DNA from: Balanoglossus misakiensis | Lineage: Eukaryota; Animalia; Hemichordata | Reading direction: 5' to 3' | DNA: 64,000 nucleotides | NCBI GenBank assembly: GCA_040954595.2 | Contig: CM082588.2 | Coordinates: 3,122,513 to 3,186,512 of the forward strand | Shown: one piece after another, positions 1 through 11,892 of the stretch | Layout of the letters: every line of letters starts with the position of its first letter | How positions within the stretch are numbered: position 1 is the first letter of the stretch | Notes under the pieces: model-generated | What the model was told of the DNA's origin: nothing | The model's database searches: none | The model's input: the letters and a program-made list of their open reading frames with translations, nothing else | Position numbers and translations under genes: made by a program

Positions 1-154
1 CTATATAGTGACCACCTCTATATAGTGGCCACTTAGTTACAGTCCCTGTACAATTTACACGTGTATAAATTAACCTGTCTATAAAGACCACCTGTCTATA
101 AAGGCCAGTTTGGTAAAGTCCCTTGACTGGCCACTATAGACAGGTTTGACTGTA
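1..154. mobile_element. Right end of a TA-flanked MITE (Tc1/mariner/pogo-type termini), truncated by the window edge
   Basis: Internal repeats (ACCACCTGTCTATAAAG / CTATATAGTGGCCAC) end in TATAGACAGGTTTGACTG|TA, the same terminus as the complete copy at 13953-14097. Confidence 0.6.
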
Positions 155-373
155 TATGAATTTTCTGGATGTTTTGGTCCTGGAGTTGACCCACATGGTC
201 TTATTTGAAATTTTTGTGGATTATGTTAGAAATTGATTGGTATGAGAACAAGTATAGCCAACGTGATTAAAACTACCAGTGTCATAACTATTCTGAACAA
301 ATGGGAGCAGTGCCCTTGGCGCTATATTTTGGTATTGGTCTCGGGACAAGAAAGAACCACGGCATTGGTTACG

Positions 374-1396
374 ATGGGTGCATTCAAGTATGCAGTGGTA
401 TTGCTGGGCGTCATTTTCACGGCATCCGGAGTGGCAAAGTTGATACCTGCGGGTTCTGTTTACGAACACATGGTAAGTTTTCCGGCCTGGCCGCCTGCAT
501 TGTTTTGAATGCTTTTTTTTTGCTCCAATTTACATGCAGGTGGCTGTCGTCCAGGAATCTGGGTAGGGATGTGTGTGTATGTGGGGGGGGGGTGCATGTT
601 AAGTGGAACTGCCTCGTAGTGCAGAGGATAATCAATTTCCCACAAGAATATTTTGTACTTCGAAGTATCCTCACACATTTTACTTGCCATTTGGACAGAA
701 TTCTCAATCAGTAATGGCAAGAACTTGGCAGACAGGCCATGTAGCAGACAGTGATGATATATGCAAAATGCAAAGCAAAGGTTTGTTCACAAGCCGACAT
801 TCAACTCTTTAGGCGCTTTTTATACGCTGGTTGTATTGTTGTACGTCTTTTCATTGATTCAACCCATGCATAAAGTTTCATTGATCTTTGCCAAGGCCAT
901 GTACGTCGCCCTTTCAGAGAGGTTCACTTTGCTTTAAATAAACAGCTTGGCTGGCACAGAAGCTTAACTTGCTGAGAAAGTAAATTTGACAGTTGATTAT
1001 GGGGATGACGAATAAACTTGAAGAAATTTCTCAAGCACATTTTCAAAGCAATGAACAATATAAATATCATTCATACGAGTGTATCATCTCTTTCAGACCA
1101 AGGAATTTGTACGCTTCTCGTCTGTGTTTCCACTTGTCAGTCTTGGCTTCAAACCAGACCCTGCCCAGTACCAGTTCGTTATCGGAGTCATTAACACCGT
1201 TTGCGGGCTGCTCCTTCTGTTTGGTTCGCCGAGACTCCAGAAGCTGGCCGCCTCGGTGCTGTTGGTCATCATGGCCGGAGCCGTGTGGACACTGTACCAT
1301 CTCCACCTACCTCCACAGAAAGTGGCGTTCCCGGCAGTGTGTGGATTTGGACTCCTGATATTCCTTCTGCGGGGAGAGAAGCCTAAAACTGAGTGA
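374..1396 (+). CDS. TMEM35/DoxX-like multi-TM ER protein (divergent NACHO-family paralog), 2 exons 374-472 and 1097-1396, 132 aa
   Basis: MGAFKYAVVLLGVIFTASGVAKL...YEHM|TKEFVRF...IGVINTVCGLLLLFG...LLVIMAGAVWTLYHL. GT-AG phase-0 intron. C-terminal KPKTE matches the KxKxx ER-retrieval motif. Confidence 0.8.
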
Positions 1397-2032
1397 GGGG
1401 CAGAGGAAATTTGGGCGCCGTCTTTACTTTTGCTGATTCTTTGCTGCTCTGTTACAGAATGAATTAACAATACTCCCATGATCTCTCTACAAAAAGTGTT
1501 TATTTATCAGTTTGTCACTTGGTTGCCTAAAAGACTGAACATTAAATTTCCAAGAACTTACAAAATTGGAAAGATAGTTCTGAGGAATTCCCATTGAGAT
1601 GGTGTGATTCAATATGACTATCTCTCAACAGTACAAGTTTGCATAGTTGTGTGCTGATAACACTTTACATCATATAAACCCACAATAATATTTACAGACC
1701 TGAAAAAATGCAATCACATAAACATTACAATATTAAAATTCACTTCTAATTTCAATGCATGATCCAATCTTGCAAATACCAATGTATATTCTGTTTCAGA
1801 CGCCTCTCTCAGTATTTCAAAATACAAAAAATTGTGTAAAAATGCTAAAATATGAATGGTTGGGTGTTACATGTACTTTGTAATAAGCGATCACGTATTT
1901 TTCCTTTCTTCAGGTTCTGAAAAATTTACATAGCAGACTCTAGTACTGAATATTTTCCGCTACTCTCTGACTAATGTTTTCTGGGGTAAAATTTATTACA
2001 AAGTAGATTTTCTTGTTGATTAGGTGGGCATA

Positions 2033-2081
2033 GTGCCACCTGGAGGCCAATTTTATGTGATCAAGAGCGCCCCCTAGGGGC
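2033..2081. promoter_or_regulatory. Two tandem CTCF-like motifs
   Basis: GTGCCACCTGGAGGC (2033-2047) and GCGCCCCCTAGGGGC (2067-2081), each about one mismatch from the GYGCCMYCTAGTGG-type core. Confidence 0.35.
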
Positions 2082-2113
2082 AAACTATATCGACACCCTT
2101 TGTCTATGAGTTT

Positions 2114-3380
2114 CTACTGACTCTTCACTTTTTCTTCTGATTTCTGGAATCTTGCCACAATTACAAGTCGGCAGGTTAGCAGTAACCAGAAAATGATTGC
2201 CCCAGTTGACTTGGCTAGTGGATCTCCGATGATGTGGTGGGTATAAATTGCACCTGTAACAAAGCAAAAGAGGCAATTGGTCAATTTTGTGACCCCTGAC
2301 ATTCATTGGAGTAATATCCATATTTCTGATTGGTCGATCGGTGACCTTCGATGGTTGAATATTCATATCGCTCTTTGGTGAATTAGACAGTGTCAAAAAT
2401 GTCCATACCTGTCATGATGCCAAGCAGTATCAGATTGGCAAGATTTTTGAGTTTGTCATTTGGTAGCAGTACAAGAATAGCCCCAGAGACAATTTCAAGC
2501 CATCCCACTGTCTTCATGTACATCTTAGACTTGGGTTTCCATCCTGTCTGTTGTCTTAGAGGGAACTCCTTTGCATATTTACCAAAATTCTTCCTCTGAA
2601 AATAAATTCGAAGAATGCATTAGCAACATAGCAATACTGTGACCAAGACCAGTAGGCATTTTGAAAGCCAAAAAAGAAAACTACATTTGGAACTGTACAG
2701 AATATTCTTAGTGAATTCTTTACCATCTCTGTACATTATGCTTAGTTTCTACAGCATATTAATAACAATTGGTGGATTATACATTTCTACTTAAAATATT
2801 GATTTTACTTTTTCCCTTTGGGTTGAGATTGAAAGCCCCTTTGTTTACATGTGGACATCTGTTCAGGAAATCTAAATGCATTTGTGTAATTTGTCAAAGG
2901 TTTGTATTGTACATGTACAATTGCATTTACAATGTAATTAATTATTATGCAATTTCAGAATCGAAAAAATCAATGAATTAATAAAAATCAAACAATCCTG
3001 ATTAAAATGTAACACTACTAGAATTCTCTGAGTGAAACAGTGAAATTGTCGGTAATGTGTCTTGTTGGATATCGTAATTTCCACGTGTACAATTCTGATA
3101 CGTGCATCCCCGACCTGATGTCAACAACGGGCCATAACAATGTGTGTACATAAGTAATCAGTGTGTCTGTGATCGTAAGATGAATGAGCACAAGCCACAA
3201 AGATTTGGAATAATGATCAAACGAGAATTCTTTTCTCATGCAAACGCGGTGGAAACCGATCTTACTTACCAATTCATCATGCATCTGTTTGTTGATCGCT
3301 GGGGTTACTTTTATACTGCCTGTAAAAACGAAAAACAGGCCGATAGCAATCGACATCGCGATAACCACTTTGGAGGCCAT
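2114..3380 (-). CDS. TMEM35A: TMEM35A/NACHO-like nicotinic acetylcholine receptor chaperone, exons 3270-3380, 2409-2595, 2114-2253, 145 aa
   Basis: MASKVVIAMSIAIGLFFVFTGSIKVTP...GWLEIVSG...ANLILL...HHIIGDPLAK...LLLTCRLVIVAR resembles vertebrate TMEM35A (GLFFVFMGTIKLTP, GDPLK, LLTCRL). Ends in KVKSQ. Confidence 0.85.
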
Positions 3381-3695
3381 GATTACAACTACCTAAGTTG
3401 GTCATTATTTGTTTTGCAACTATGACCTTTGAACTCTAATAGATGGGCGTATTTACAAACTAAATTACGTTAGTTCCCTAAACTTAACAAGAAAATAATT
3501 CAATATTTTACAAGAACGAAATATTTGGGGAAATACCTTCAACAGAGGACATTTTCAAAAATGTGATTAACAATCATGAAGCTGGGCGGTCTATGACCTT
3601 TGCCACAGAGGTCAACACATGTGTACATCTCATCACACGTGCACCGGCAGGCAGAAGATCACAACGGAGAAATAACGTCTTCAGGGCTTGTTACT
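3381..3695. promoter_or_regulatory. Putative bidirectional promoter TMEM35A/WDR3
   Basis: Divergent start codons only ~315 bp apart, with GC-box-like GGGCGG/GGGCGT. Confidence 0.55.
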
Positions 3696-6600
3696 ATGGG
3701 TCTAACGAAACAGTATTTACGCTATGTTAGTAGTGCTTTCTTCGGTGTTGTTGGAAGTCCGAAATCAAATGTGGTCTATGTGGAAATAGATAGATCGCGA
3801 GGCAAGTTGGCCGCAGTGCCTGCTGTTGAACATGTGTTCATATGGGACATCAGGAAAGGCGAAAAGGTGAGATGAGAAATCGAGAGTTGTTGTTTACTGG
3901 TATTTCCCTTGAGAAATGGGAAAGGTGGTTATTTTTCTCACTTGTGTGAACAACGTTGAATGCACTCCAAAAGACACCTATAACCACGGTCACTCCACGT
4001 GCTACTATTGAATAGCAGACGATACCCCATATCCATGACAACGGAAAACAAATGGACACACAGAATACTAAGCTGATCCGGGTGATTTGTCGTGTACAAG
4101 TAATGCCCCCTACTCCTAGATATGTAATTTACCAATACTGAATCATGAAGTTGATCATTTGAGATACATGTATATTCCTAAGTTCTGGCTAAATAAAATT
4201 GACTTTCTTAACTGTGTTGTCTTTCCCTCAAAATATCATTCATAGGTCATGGTCCTACAGGGTGACAAGCATGAAGTTACTGCCATTGCTAAAAGTCCAG
4301 ACAGAAAGCATCTAGCAGTTGGATATAATGACGGTACTATCAAAATATTTGATATGCTGTCTGGAGACTCCAACGTCACCTTCAGTGGTCACAAATCAGC
4401 CGTGTCGTCTCTGAACTATGATTCGGATGGAACTAGACTTGTATCTGGATCCAAGGTAAAGGAAACTAGGTTTGACATTCAGCATTTCGACCTTTTTTGG
4501 TGTCATCTTTCTTTTATACACCAATTTCTTTCTTCCCCCGAAAACTCCAGGACACAGATGTAATTGTATGGGACGTGGTCAATGAGAGTGGTCTGTACAG
4601 GTTGAAAAGTCACAAGGGAGCAGTGACCCAGTGTCAATTTATGAGAGAGAGAAACATCCTCATATCAAGGTTAGTGTGGTTTATTACTTGTGGGTTAACT
4701 CTCTAAACTCTGCTAAGATAATGATTCAGCATTAAATACTCACAAGAGAAATAGAGTGATGCCCTAAATTCTCTCTGAATTTCAGTTCTAAGGATACGTA
4801 CATCAAGTTCTGGGATCTGGATACCCAGCACTGTTTCAAGACCATAGTTGGACACAGAACAGAGGTAATGTACAACCAAAATAATTAAAATAATTTCAAC
4901 AGTGAGTGACTTTGTCCCTTTAAATACCCTTGTTAATCTTTCTGGATTGTTTGATATGATTTTGTATTTCATCTCCTCTGCAGGTGTGGGGTTTTGTTCT
5001 GACTCCAGACGAGAAGAGACTGATCACTGGTTGTATGGACAGCGAACTCAGAGTGTGGGATATTTCATACATTGAACAGGTAATTGTTAACATTATCAAG
5101 CATTCATCTCTTCTGACAGAATCACACATGTGTGGAAGATGATCTTGAAATGATTTCTGTATTGCGCTTACAGTACTTTTCACGAACTCTGTATTCAAGT
5201 ACAATACATGGATAATTGTAATGGCTGTATTTTGTTCATGTGTCATTACTAGATGGAAGATGATGAAAGTGGTCCACAACCTGCAAAGAAAATGAGGACT
5301 GAGAAATTGGTTTTCGATGAAGATGAAGAGGACAAAGAGGAAACAGTAAGAAGCACTGTTCATTGTCAACCTGTACATTGTTTAGAAACTTAATTAGTAT
5401 ACATGTACACTTGATGACAAATGAAAGTCAATCAAAATTTACTCCTTAGTTGTTAATTTTTTTTCCAGGTAATACTCTCCTGTAACAAAGCCGGTTCAAT
5501 TATGAGACAAAGCAGAGAAAAATTGGTTTCCATGGCAATAGACGAGACTGGCCGAGTCCTTGCATGTCATGTAAGTATTGGGTTCTCATAAGTTGTACTG
5601 TATTTCATGCCTTTCACTCCAAGGTCTATGCAGACAACTTCAAACTGGTATAATAGTAAGACTTTATTTTGTGTTTTTTGGTAAAATAGTCACCTTTATT
5701 TTACAGGGTAGTGATTCATCCCTTGAGGTCTTTCTGATCAGTAATGAAGAAGAGTTATCTAAGAGATTGAAGAAGAAACAGAAAAAAGCCAGGAAGAAAA
5801 AGTAAGTCACAAAATGGCAAAAACAGCACCCCCAGTTTCCTCTAAAGAGGTCCAACTTTACCATAGAAAACAATTGTTTTGGACTGAACCATTGTGGTGA
5901 CAGGGTTAAATGTAGTGCAGGGTCGGGAACTGGGGAATGTGTTTGGTCTTGCAAATGTTAACTTTGCTCATTGGGGTGTATCTGTCGTACATTGACAGAG
6001 CCAGTGAAGAAGCTATGGAGACTGAAGAAACTATGGAGACTGAAGAAACTATGGAGACTGAAAAAGATGCGACAGAAACATCAGTGACTCTGACGATAGA
6101 AGATGAAATTAAACGACTCAGTGTCATCAAAGCAAGTAATAAAATAAGGTGTGTGTTCAATTGTTATCTTTACAGATGAAGTGAAGGACATTTTTGTCTT
6201 TCGCTGATGTTATATACAATTTTTATCTGTCCATAAAGTCTGTGAGTTTTAACTTTGATGCATTTGCTTTCAGATCTTTCGACTTCATTCTGGAAAAAAA
6301 CAAGAATATCCGCCTCTTACTGTTGCTTGGCAACAATGCCCTGGAATCGCATTGCTTGTCCATGGCAGAAAAGAAACCGGAACCATCAGATCGTAAATTA
6401 CTGGGCATACCCGGTCACCGTAGCGACGTGAGGACAGTTTGTTTCAGTTCGGATGATACGGCTCTCCTGTCTGCCTCTGGAGAGTGTGTGAAAATTTGGA
6501 ACAGGTCAGGAGATAATTTATCAAACATTTTTTTTACATTCCTGTGAACACAAGCTGTGTCATCAATATGATTTTTTGCTTTGTGTGCCAGATATTAGCT

Positions 6601-9600
6601 CCAGTTACAGACACACTCAATTATCAGAGCTATTTTGTGATGGTGATACATGTACTAGTTTAAACTTGTATTCCTTTTGCAGATCTTCACAGCAGTGTAT
6701 TCGAACCAGTAAGTGTGGGTATGCGTTGTGTTCAATGTTCGTACCAGGCGATAGACATTGTATCATTGGCACAAAGGTAAATACATCAGCTCATACATTT
6801 CACAGATAGATTTGTTATTTTACTAAACATGATTCATTGAATTAGTCAATTAATGAAACGGTTAATGTAATTCATTTTCTATCTGCGTGTCTGTCTTTGC
6901 ATTCAGGCTGGTAAACTGCAGATATTTGACATCGCTGCCGGCAATCTGATAGAATCAGTTGATGCCCACGAAGGTGCTGTATGGTCTGTTGCTATGTCAC
7001 CAGACAAGGTAATGAGAAGTCTATCCTTTTCATTTCTGTGTTTTTGGATAAAATTCAACTGTTGTCAGAAAATCGGTTTGGGTGCAACGTCCCCACTACC
7101 TGCGGGTATAGTTTCATAAAATGTTCTTTTCTTCACTTTCAGAGAGGTTTTGTAACAGGAAGTGCTGATAAAACTGTTAAGTTTTGGGAGTTTGAACTGG
7201 TCAAAGATGAACAAGAGTCAACATCCAGGTAAATATCCCACAAACCCTTTCCCCCCTCCACTCTTCCCATATTCTGATGATATTCCAGCTGCTACAAGTT
7301 CTGTTTTGTAACCCGGTATTTTTTTTGGTTGAATTTCAGCAAAAGACTGTCAGTGAATCACACAAGGACACTGAAGATGTCAGATGACGTCCTATGTGTC
7401 AAGTACACACCGGACCAGAGACTATTGGCTGTGTCCTTACTAGATAACACTGTCAAGGTGTTCTTCACTGATACTCTGAAGGTATAATTTATAACGCTTC
7501 TTTAGTTTGTGACATTTTAGAACCAGGAAACCAACGGCACAATGTGATACGGATGACACTTCGGTTTTGTTACCAGTTATAACATTTCACAAAATCTGTG
7601 TCTAATTCTTGGCGTTCATCAATTTCAGTTCTTTTTGTCAATGTATGGTCACAAACTACCAGTCCTGGCCATGGATATCTCGTCTGTAAGTATACCTACT
7701 TTATTTTCAAGTCACATTTTGACAGTTTTTTGAGGGTCAGTTGGCCCAAGCACTGATAGGACAATCAATATTTGTTCACGATATCAACTTCTCAATATTA
7801 AACCATTTTATCAAAACAGGATAGTCAGTTGCTTATCACTGGCTCAGCAGACAGGAATGTGAAATTATGGGGCCTAGATTTCGGGGACTGCCACAAATCC
7901 ATCTTTGCTCACGACGACAGCATCATGTGCATGCAATTCATTCCCAAGACACACATGTTCTTCACTGGTGGTAAGGACATGAAGATCAAACAATGGGACG
8001 GTGATAAGTACGAGCATATACAGACGCTGGAGGTAAGTGGTGGTCAGTTTGGCTTTCACTAGACCATATATAACAACGGATTTGGACCTAATCATGGTGG
8101 TGAAATGTTTATGGCCCATGCGTTGTCTCAATCTTTTGTGATTGGTTTGGTCGACCAAATTTAGACACTTATGCCTTGTTGTATACACTTTCAGGGTTGC
8201 CATGGTGAAGTATGGTGCCTTGCCGTCAGCCATAATGGTGATTGTGTGGTAAGCTGACATTATCTTCGTTTATATTCATATTCAACCATATCGTTCAACG
8301 GAGTCCTCCAGTCTGGTATTAAGACACATTAAGACATCCATTTTTCCGTCATAACACATTCTGTTCATCTGACCTGTAGATGTCAGGCTCACATGACAAG
8401 TCCCTGAGGCTGTGGGACAGAACGCAAGAAATCTTAGTCTTGGAAGAAGAGAGAGAAATGGAAAGAGAAGCGGCTTATGAGGAATCCGTGGCAAAGGAAG
8501 ATGAACCAGTGGTAAGGACATGTGGTCATGTCAGATGTACAGCTGTGTATTTTTGGGTTTTGAGATATTTGCAGTTATATGTTAATATGTGATCTTAAGA
8601 ATTCTGAGTCCGAGAAATATGACTCAAATGTTTGGTATAACACCTCCAAAAACACAGCATTAAGTTTACCATGCACTTCATTTGTAAGGATGTATGGAAT
8701 TGGATTGTATGATAATTGTTTTTCCTTTCTTGTTGTCAGGTTCCTGGCGAGGCAAGTGGAGGGGAGGTCGACATGGCCGGAAAGAAAACCATTGAAACGG
8801 TCAAATCTGCCGAGCGAATCATGGAAGCCATTGTTCTGTACAAAGAAGAGAGTGCAAAGTTGAAGGAGCACAAAGAACGGTGCACTGCAATGAAAAAACA
8901 GGTACAGTGGGTGGTGAGGATGTGTATAGACTTGAATGCCAGGGTTTCTTTTACTGATGTCAAGTAGTTTCTTCAGAGTATAACCGAATTATTATCTGTT
9001 CTTTCCAGTTGCCGCCCCTACAGGTGCATCCAATACTGCAGGCGTATGGCAATGTCAGTGTAAGTACAAAATCTGCAATTTCCTTCAGTATATCAAAATT
9101 GATAGACAAAGTACAGCCATTGCCCCAGGATGCAATGCTGTTTGTTAGCTTACAGTTAGCTCACAGTTTGAGAATTTTGTGTCATGTATTCATTAAGTGA
9201 CACCATGGTGGATAACTATAATCACTAAATTCATCTAACAGTTGATTTTGTCCTCATCCTTACAGCCTTCCAGATATGTATTGGAAATATTGAAGCGAGT
9301 CAAGTCAAGGTAAATGTACAGGTCTTGTATTTTTTGTGTGTGTTTAATGTTCAACATAATTATGGCATACATTCTTGCAATTTACCATCATTGAGAGGAC
9401 TTAATATTTTTTTATCTTTTCATAGTGAAATGGAGAAATCTCTGCTGGTGCTGCCGTTCGATTATGTCATCGATTTACTCAAATTATTGGACATCTTCAT
9501 CAAGTCTGGCTGGGAGGTGGAGTTGTCTTGTCGGTGTTTATTTTTTCTGCTCAGGTGAGGATTCGAGATTTGCACAGCATGTGAAAATGTTTTATTCGTG

Positions 9601-10011
9601 CAAGAACTCTTTTTATGCTCTACAGACTTACATTATTTCATGTTTTTTTCCCCTTCAACTTCACCAGGGTCAACCATGGTCAGATCACGTCAAATCAAGT
9701 CCTCTTACCCGTCATCGACAGTTTGAGAACTTGCACTGTCAGCAAAATACAGGAACTCAAGGTGAGTTGAGAGATGCAGTCATTTTCTACAAATTTTCAT
9801 CATCAGTTTAATTCAAATAAAACTGAAATTTTTTTTTGCTTTTCATTGCCAGGATACAATTGGCTTCAACATGGCGGGATTTCAGTTTCTGCAGAGGGAA
9901 ATGGAATCGCAACAAGATGTCCAGTTTTTCGCCGATGCTACCAGTCACTTCCAAGAGAAGAAAAAGAAAACAAAGAAGAAAGAGAAGGCCATGTTGACAG
10001 TCAGAAGTTAG
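3696..10011 (+). CDS. WDR3: WD repeat-containing protein 3 (UTP12/DIP2, SSU processome), 24 exons
   Basis: Starts [12 protein letters not shown] repeats [61 protein letters not shown]-terminal Utp12 domain ([10 protein letters not shown]-like [20 protein letters not shown]). All introns GT-AG and in frame. Confidence 0.96.
6006..6062 (+). repeat. 18-bp coding tandem repeat (~3 copies, METEET) in a WDR3 exon
   Basis: GAAGAA(G/A)CTATGGAGACT repeated three times. Confidence 0.85.
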
Positions 10012-10545
10012 CCAATGACAGATCAAGATCTGTGGACCCTGTCTGAAGCAAAATTTGGGTTTGTGGGAGTACAATGGATTGGATTGGTGGTACAGTCAAA
10101 CATGCCTGCACTGCAGTGACCAGGCAAGCGATTTATTGCCTTGAAACTTGACTGATTAAGATGGATTTCTCATTTTATCAGAAATATTAAAATACAACAA
10201 ATGAAGTTGAAATGGAAAAAAAAGAAATTGTTTATTCACATCAAAACAAATACAGTGTTATTCTCTTCTGATAAATGTCTCTTGCTACATTGTCCTGGAA
10301 GCCCGGAAGATGAACTATCTTTGGGCAAATGACCAAAGATTTCAGTCTTTTTTTCAAAACATTTAAAACCAGCTCTTGAAACAATGATAAGAAGTGAAAA
10401 TAATGGACAGCCCAGCTCATATATCTTTCCTGGAATCTCTAGCTGTATACAATAAGGGGCTGTATAATAGACAAGTCAATGATATGTAGTGAATGAGCTT
10501 CTGCAGCTGCCTGTCAGAGAGTGGTTTCCATGGAAACTGCGTCTT

Positions 10546-11892
10546 TTAATCATGGGGATAGAGAACTCTCAGCCAGGGTCTTGCTAAATACTGGGATCCG
10601 TCGTACGCTTCAAAATAGTCATCTAATCCCGGATGTATGACCTGGAAAAATACAACAAGGCACCATTACTTCTTTGCAACACATAATCTCTTGTCAACAA
10701 GACTGCTTCCAATCATGCATCGTAAACAGCATGTTTCGCATGCTTCACAACAGACATTTTAAAATCTCTTTCGGTAACTTGGTCCTCAAGAAAGACCTAC
10801 CTTTGTATTGCTGATGATTTCAATATTTTCTTGGGGGATGTACGTCACCTGTGCCTGAGCTCTGTCCCTTGTGTCCACTAATATTGAATAGTTTGGCTGC
10901 GTCCTCCAGTGCTACAAATAATACAGAGAACAGTCAACATTTAATCCTTTGAACCATGTGGCAGAATAAAATGAAATAATCTGATGAACATCTTGCTTGA
11001 ATATACTTACTGGCTTATCTTGTGGATGCATCTGTTTCAACCAATTTTCAGGCGCCTGAGAAAAATAAATTTATCACATGCGTGTATTAGTGGAAATAAT
11101 ATTTTTTTTAAACTTCACACAAGAGTAAAATTTGACTAATTAGGAAACCCATATAGCTGTACAAAGTAACTATTGAAAAATCATTCCTTACCCTGGACGT
11201 TTCATCCCAGCCTATGATGACCCCCCTGTAGCCCCATAGTTTATGTTTTATGACCTGTCCCACTCTGTACTTGACAAATGGCTGCCTGGGTGTTCTTGGC
11301 TCGGCTGAACCTGCAAATCAAAAGCAGAATGTAGAACAGAAAAAGCTTCAGCTATTAATTATTTGCTGTTAAATTGAAAATGTCAGGATGCTTGAATAGA
11401 GAAACGACTAATGTCCATATTCCATCATAAAACTCAACCCTCTTATTCATTCATGAATAATTTATGCTTCTGATTTGCATACCCCATCCTACCTGCAAAA
11501 TATCCATCTTTTTCTCTGTATTTCATGACTTCAATTGCGGGCGACTGCCCTTCTTCCTCATCATCACTATAAAACTGCGTTGACTGTATCTTGGCAACCA
11601 TCCAATTGCACCAGTTTCTCCAAGTTTTCAATGTAAATATCTTGTTGGTCCATGTCTGTACACTCAAGGCAAGACTGTGAGAAAGGTGAACATTAAGCCA
11701 GGCAGAGTTAATAAGCTTTTCCTGAAAAATTGCCATTTGTAATAGATGACATCAATGCTGGTAAACTTACTTTCTAACTTGATGGCTTCTTTCTGTGCTT
11801 GGTGTGGTCATCCAGTTTGATATCAGATACTGTGCTGGTACTGCCAGTATTAGTAAACCCAGCTGAAATGCTGCTGCTCTGTTGAGTGGCAT
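10546..11892 (-). CDS. Stand-alone YccV/HspQ-like (hemimethylated-DNA-binding family) domain protein with N-terminal hydrophobic segment; exons 11771-11892, 11493-11674, 11192-11310, 11011-11055, 10801-10911, 10546-10641; 224 aa
   Basis: MPLNRAAAFQLGLLILAVPAQYLISNW...VKYRVGQVIKHKLWGYRGVIIGWD...QPNYSILVD...TYIPQENI...HPGLDDYFEAYDGSQY. This is the YccV domain pattern also found in FBXO21 and POLDIP2. Confidence 0.85.

Noticed and set aside
1-154. Short direct repeats resembling a CRISPR-like array
   Set aside because: No unique spacers or cas genes, eukaryotic context, and the repeats are explained by a MITE interior
5828-5935. CCCCAGTTTCC…GGGAACTGGGG inverted repeat in WDR3 intron 8
   Set aside because: Short imperfect stem with no snoRNA boxes, tRNA fold or TSD
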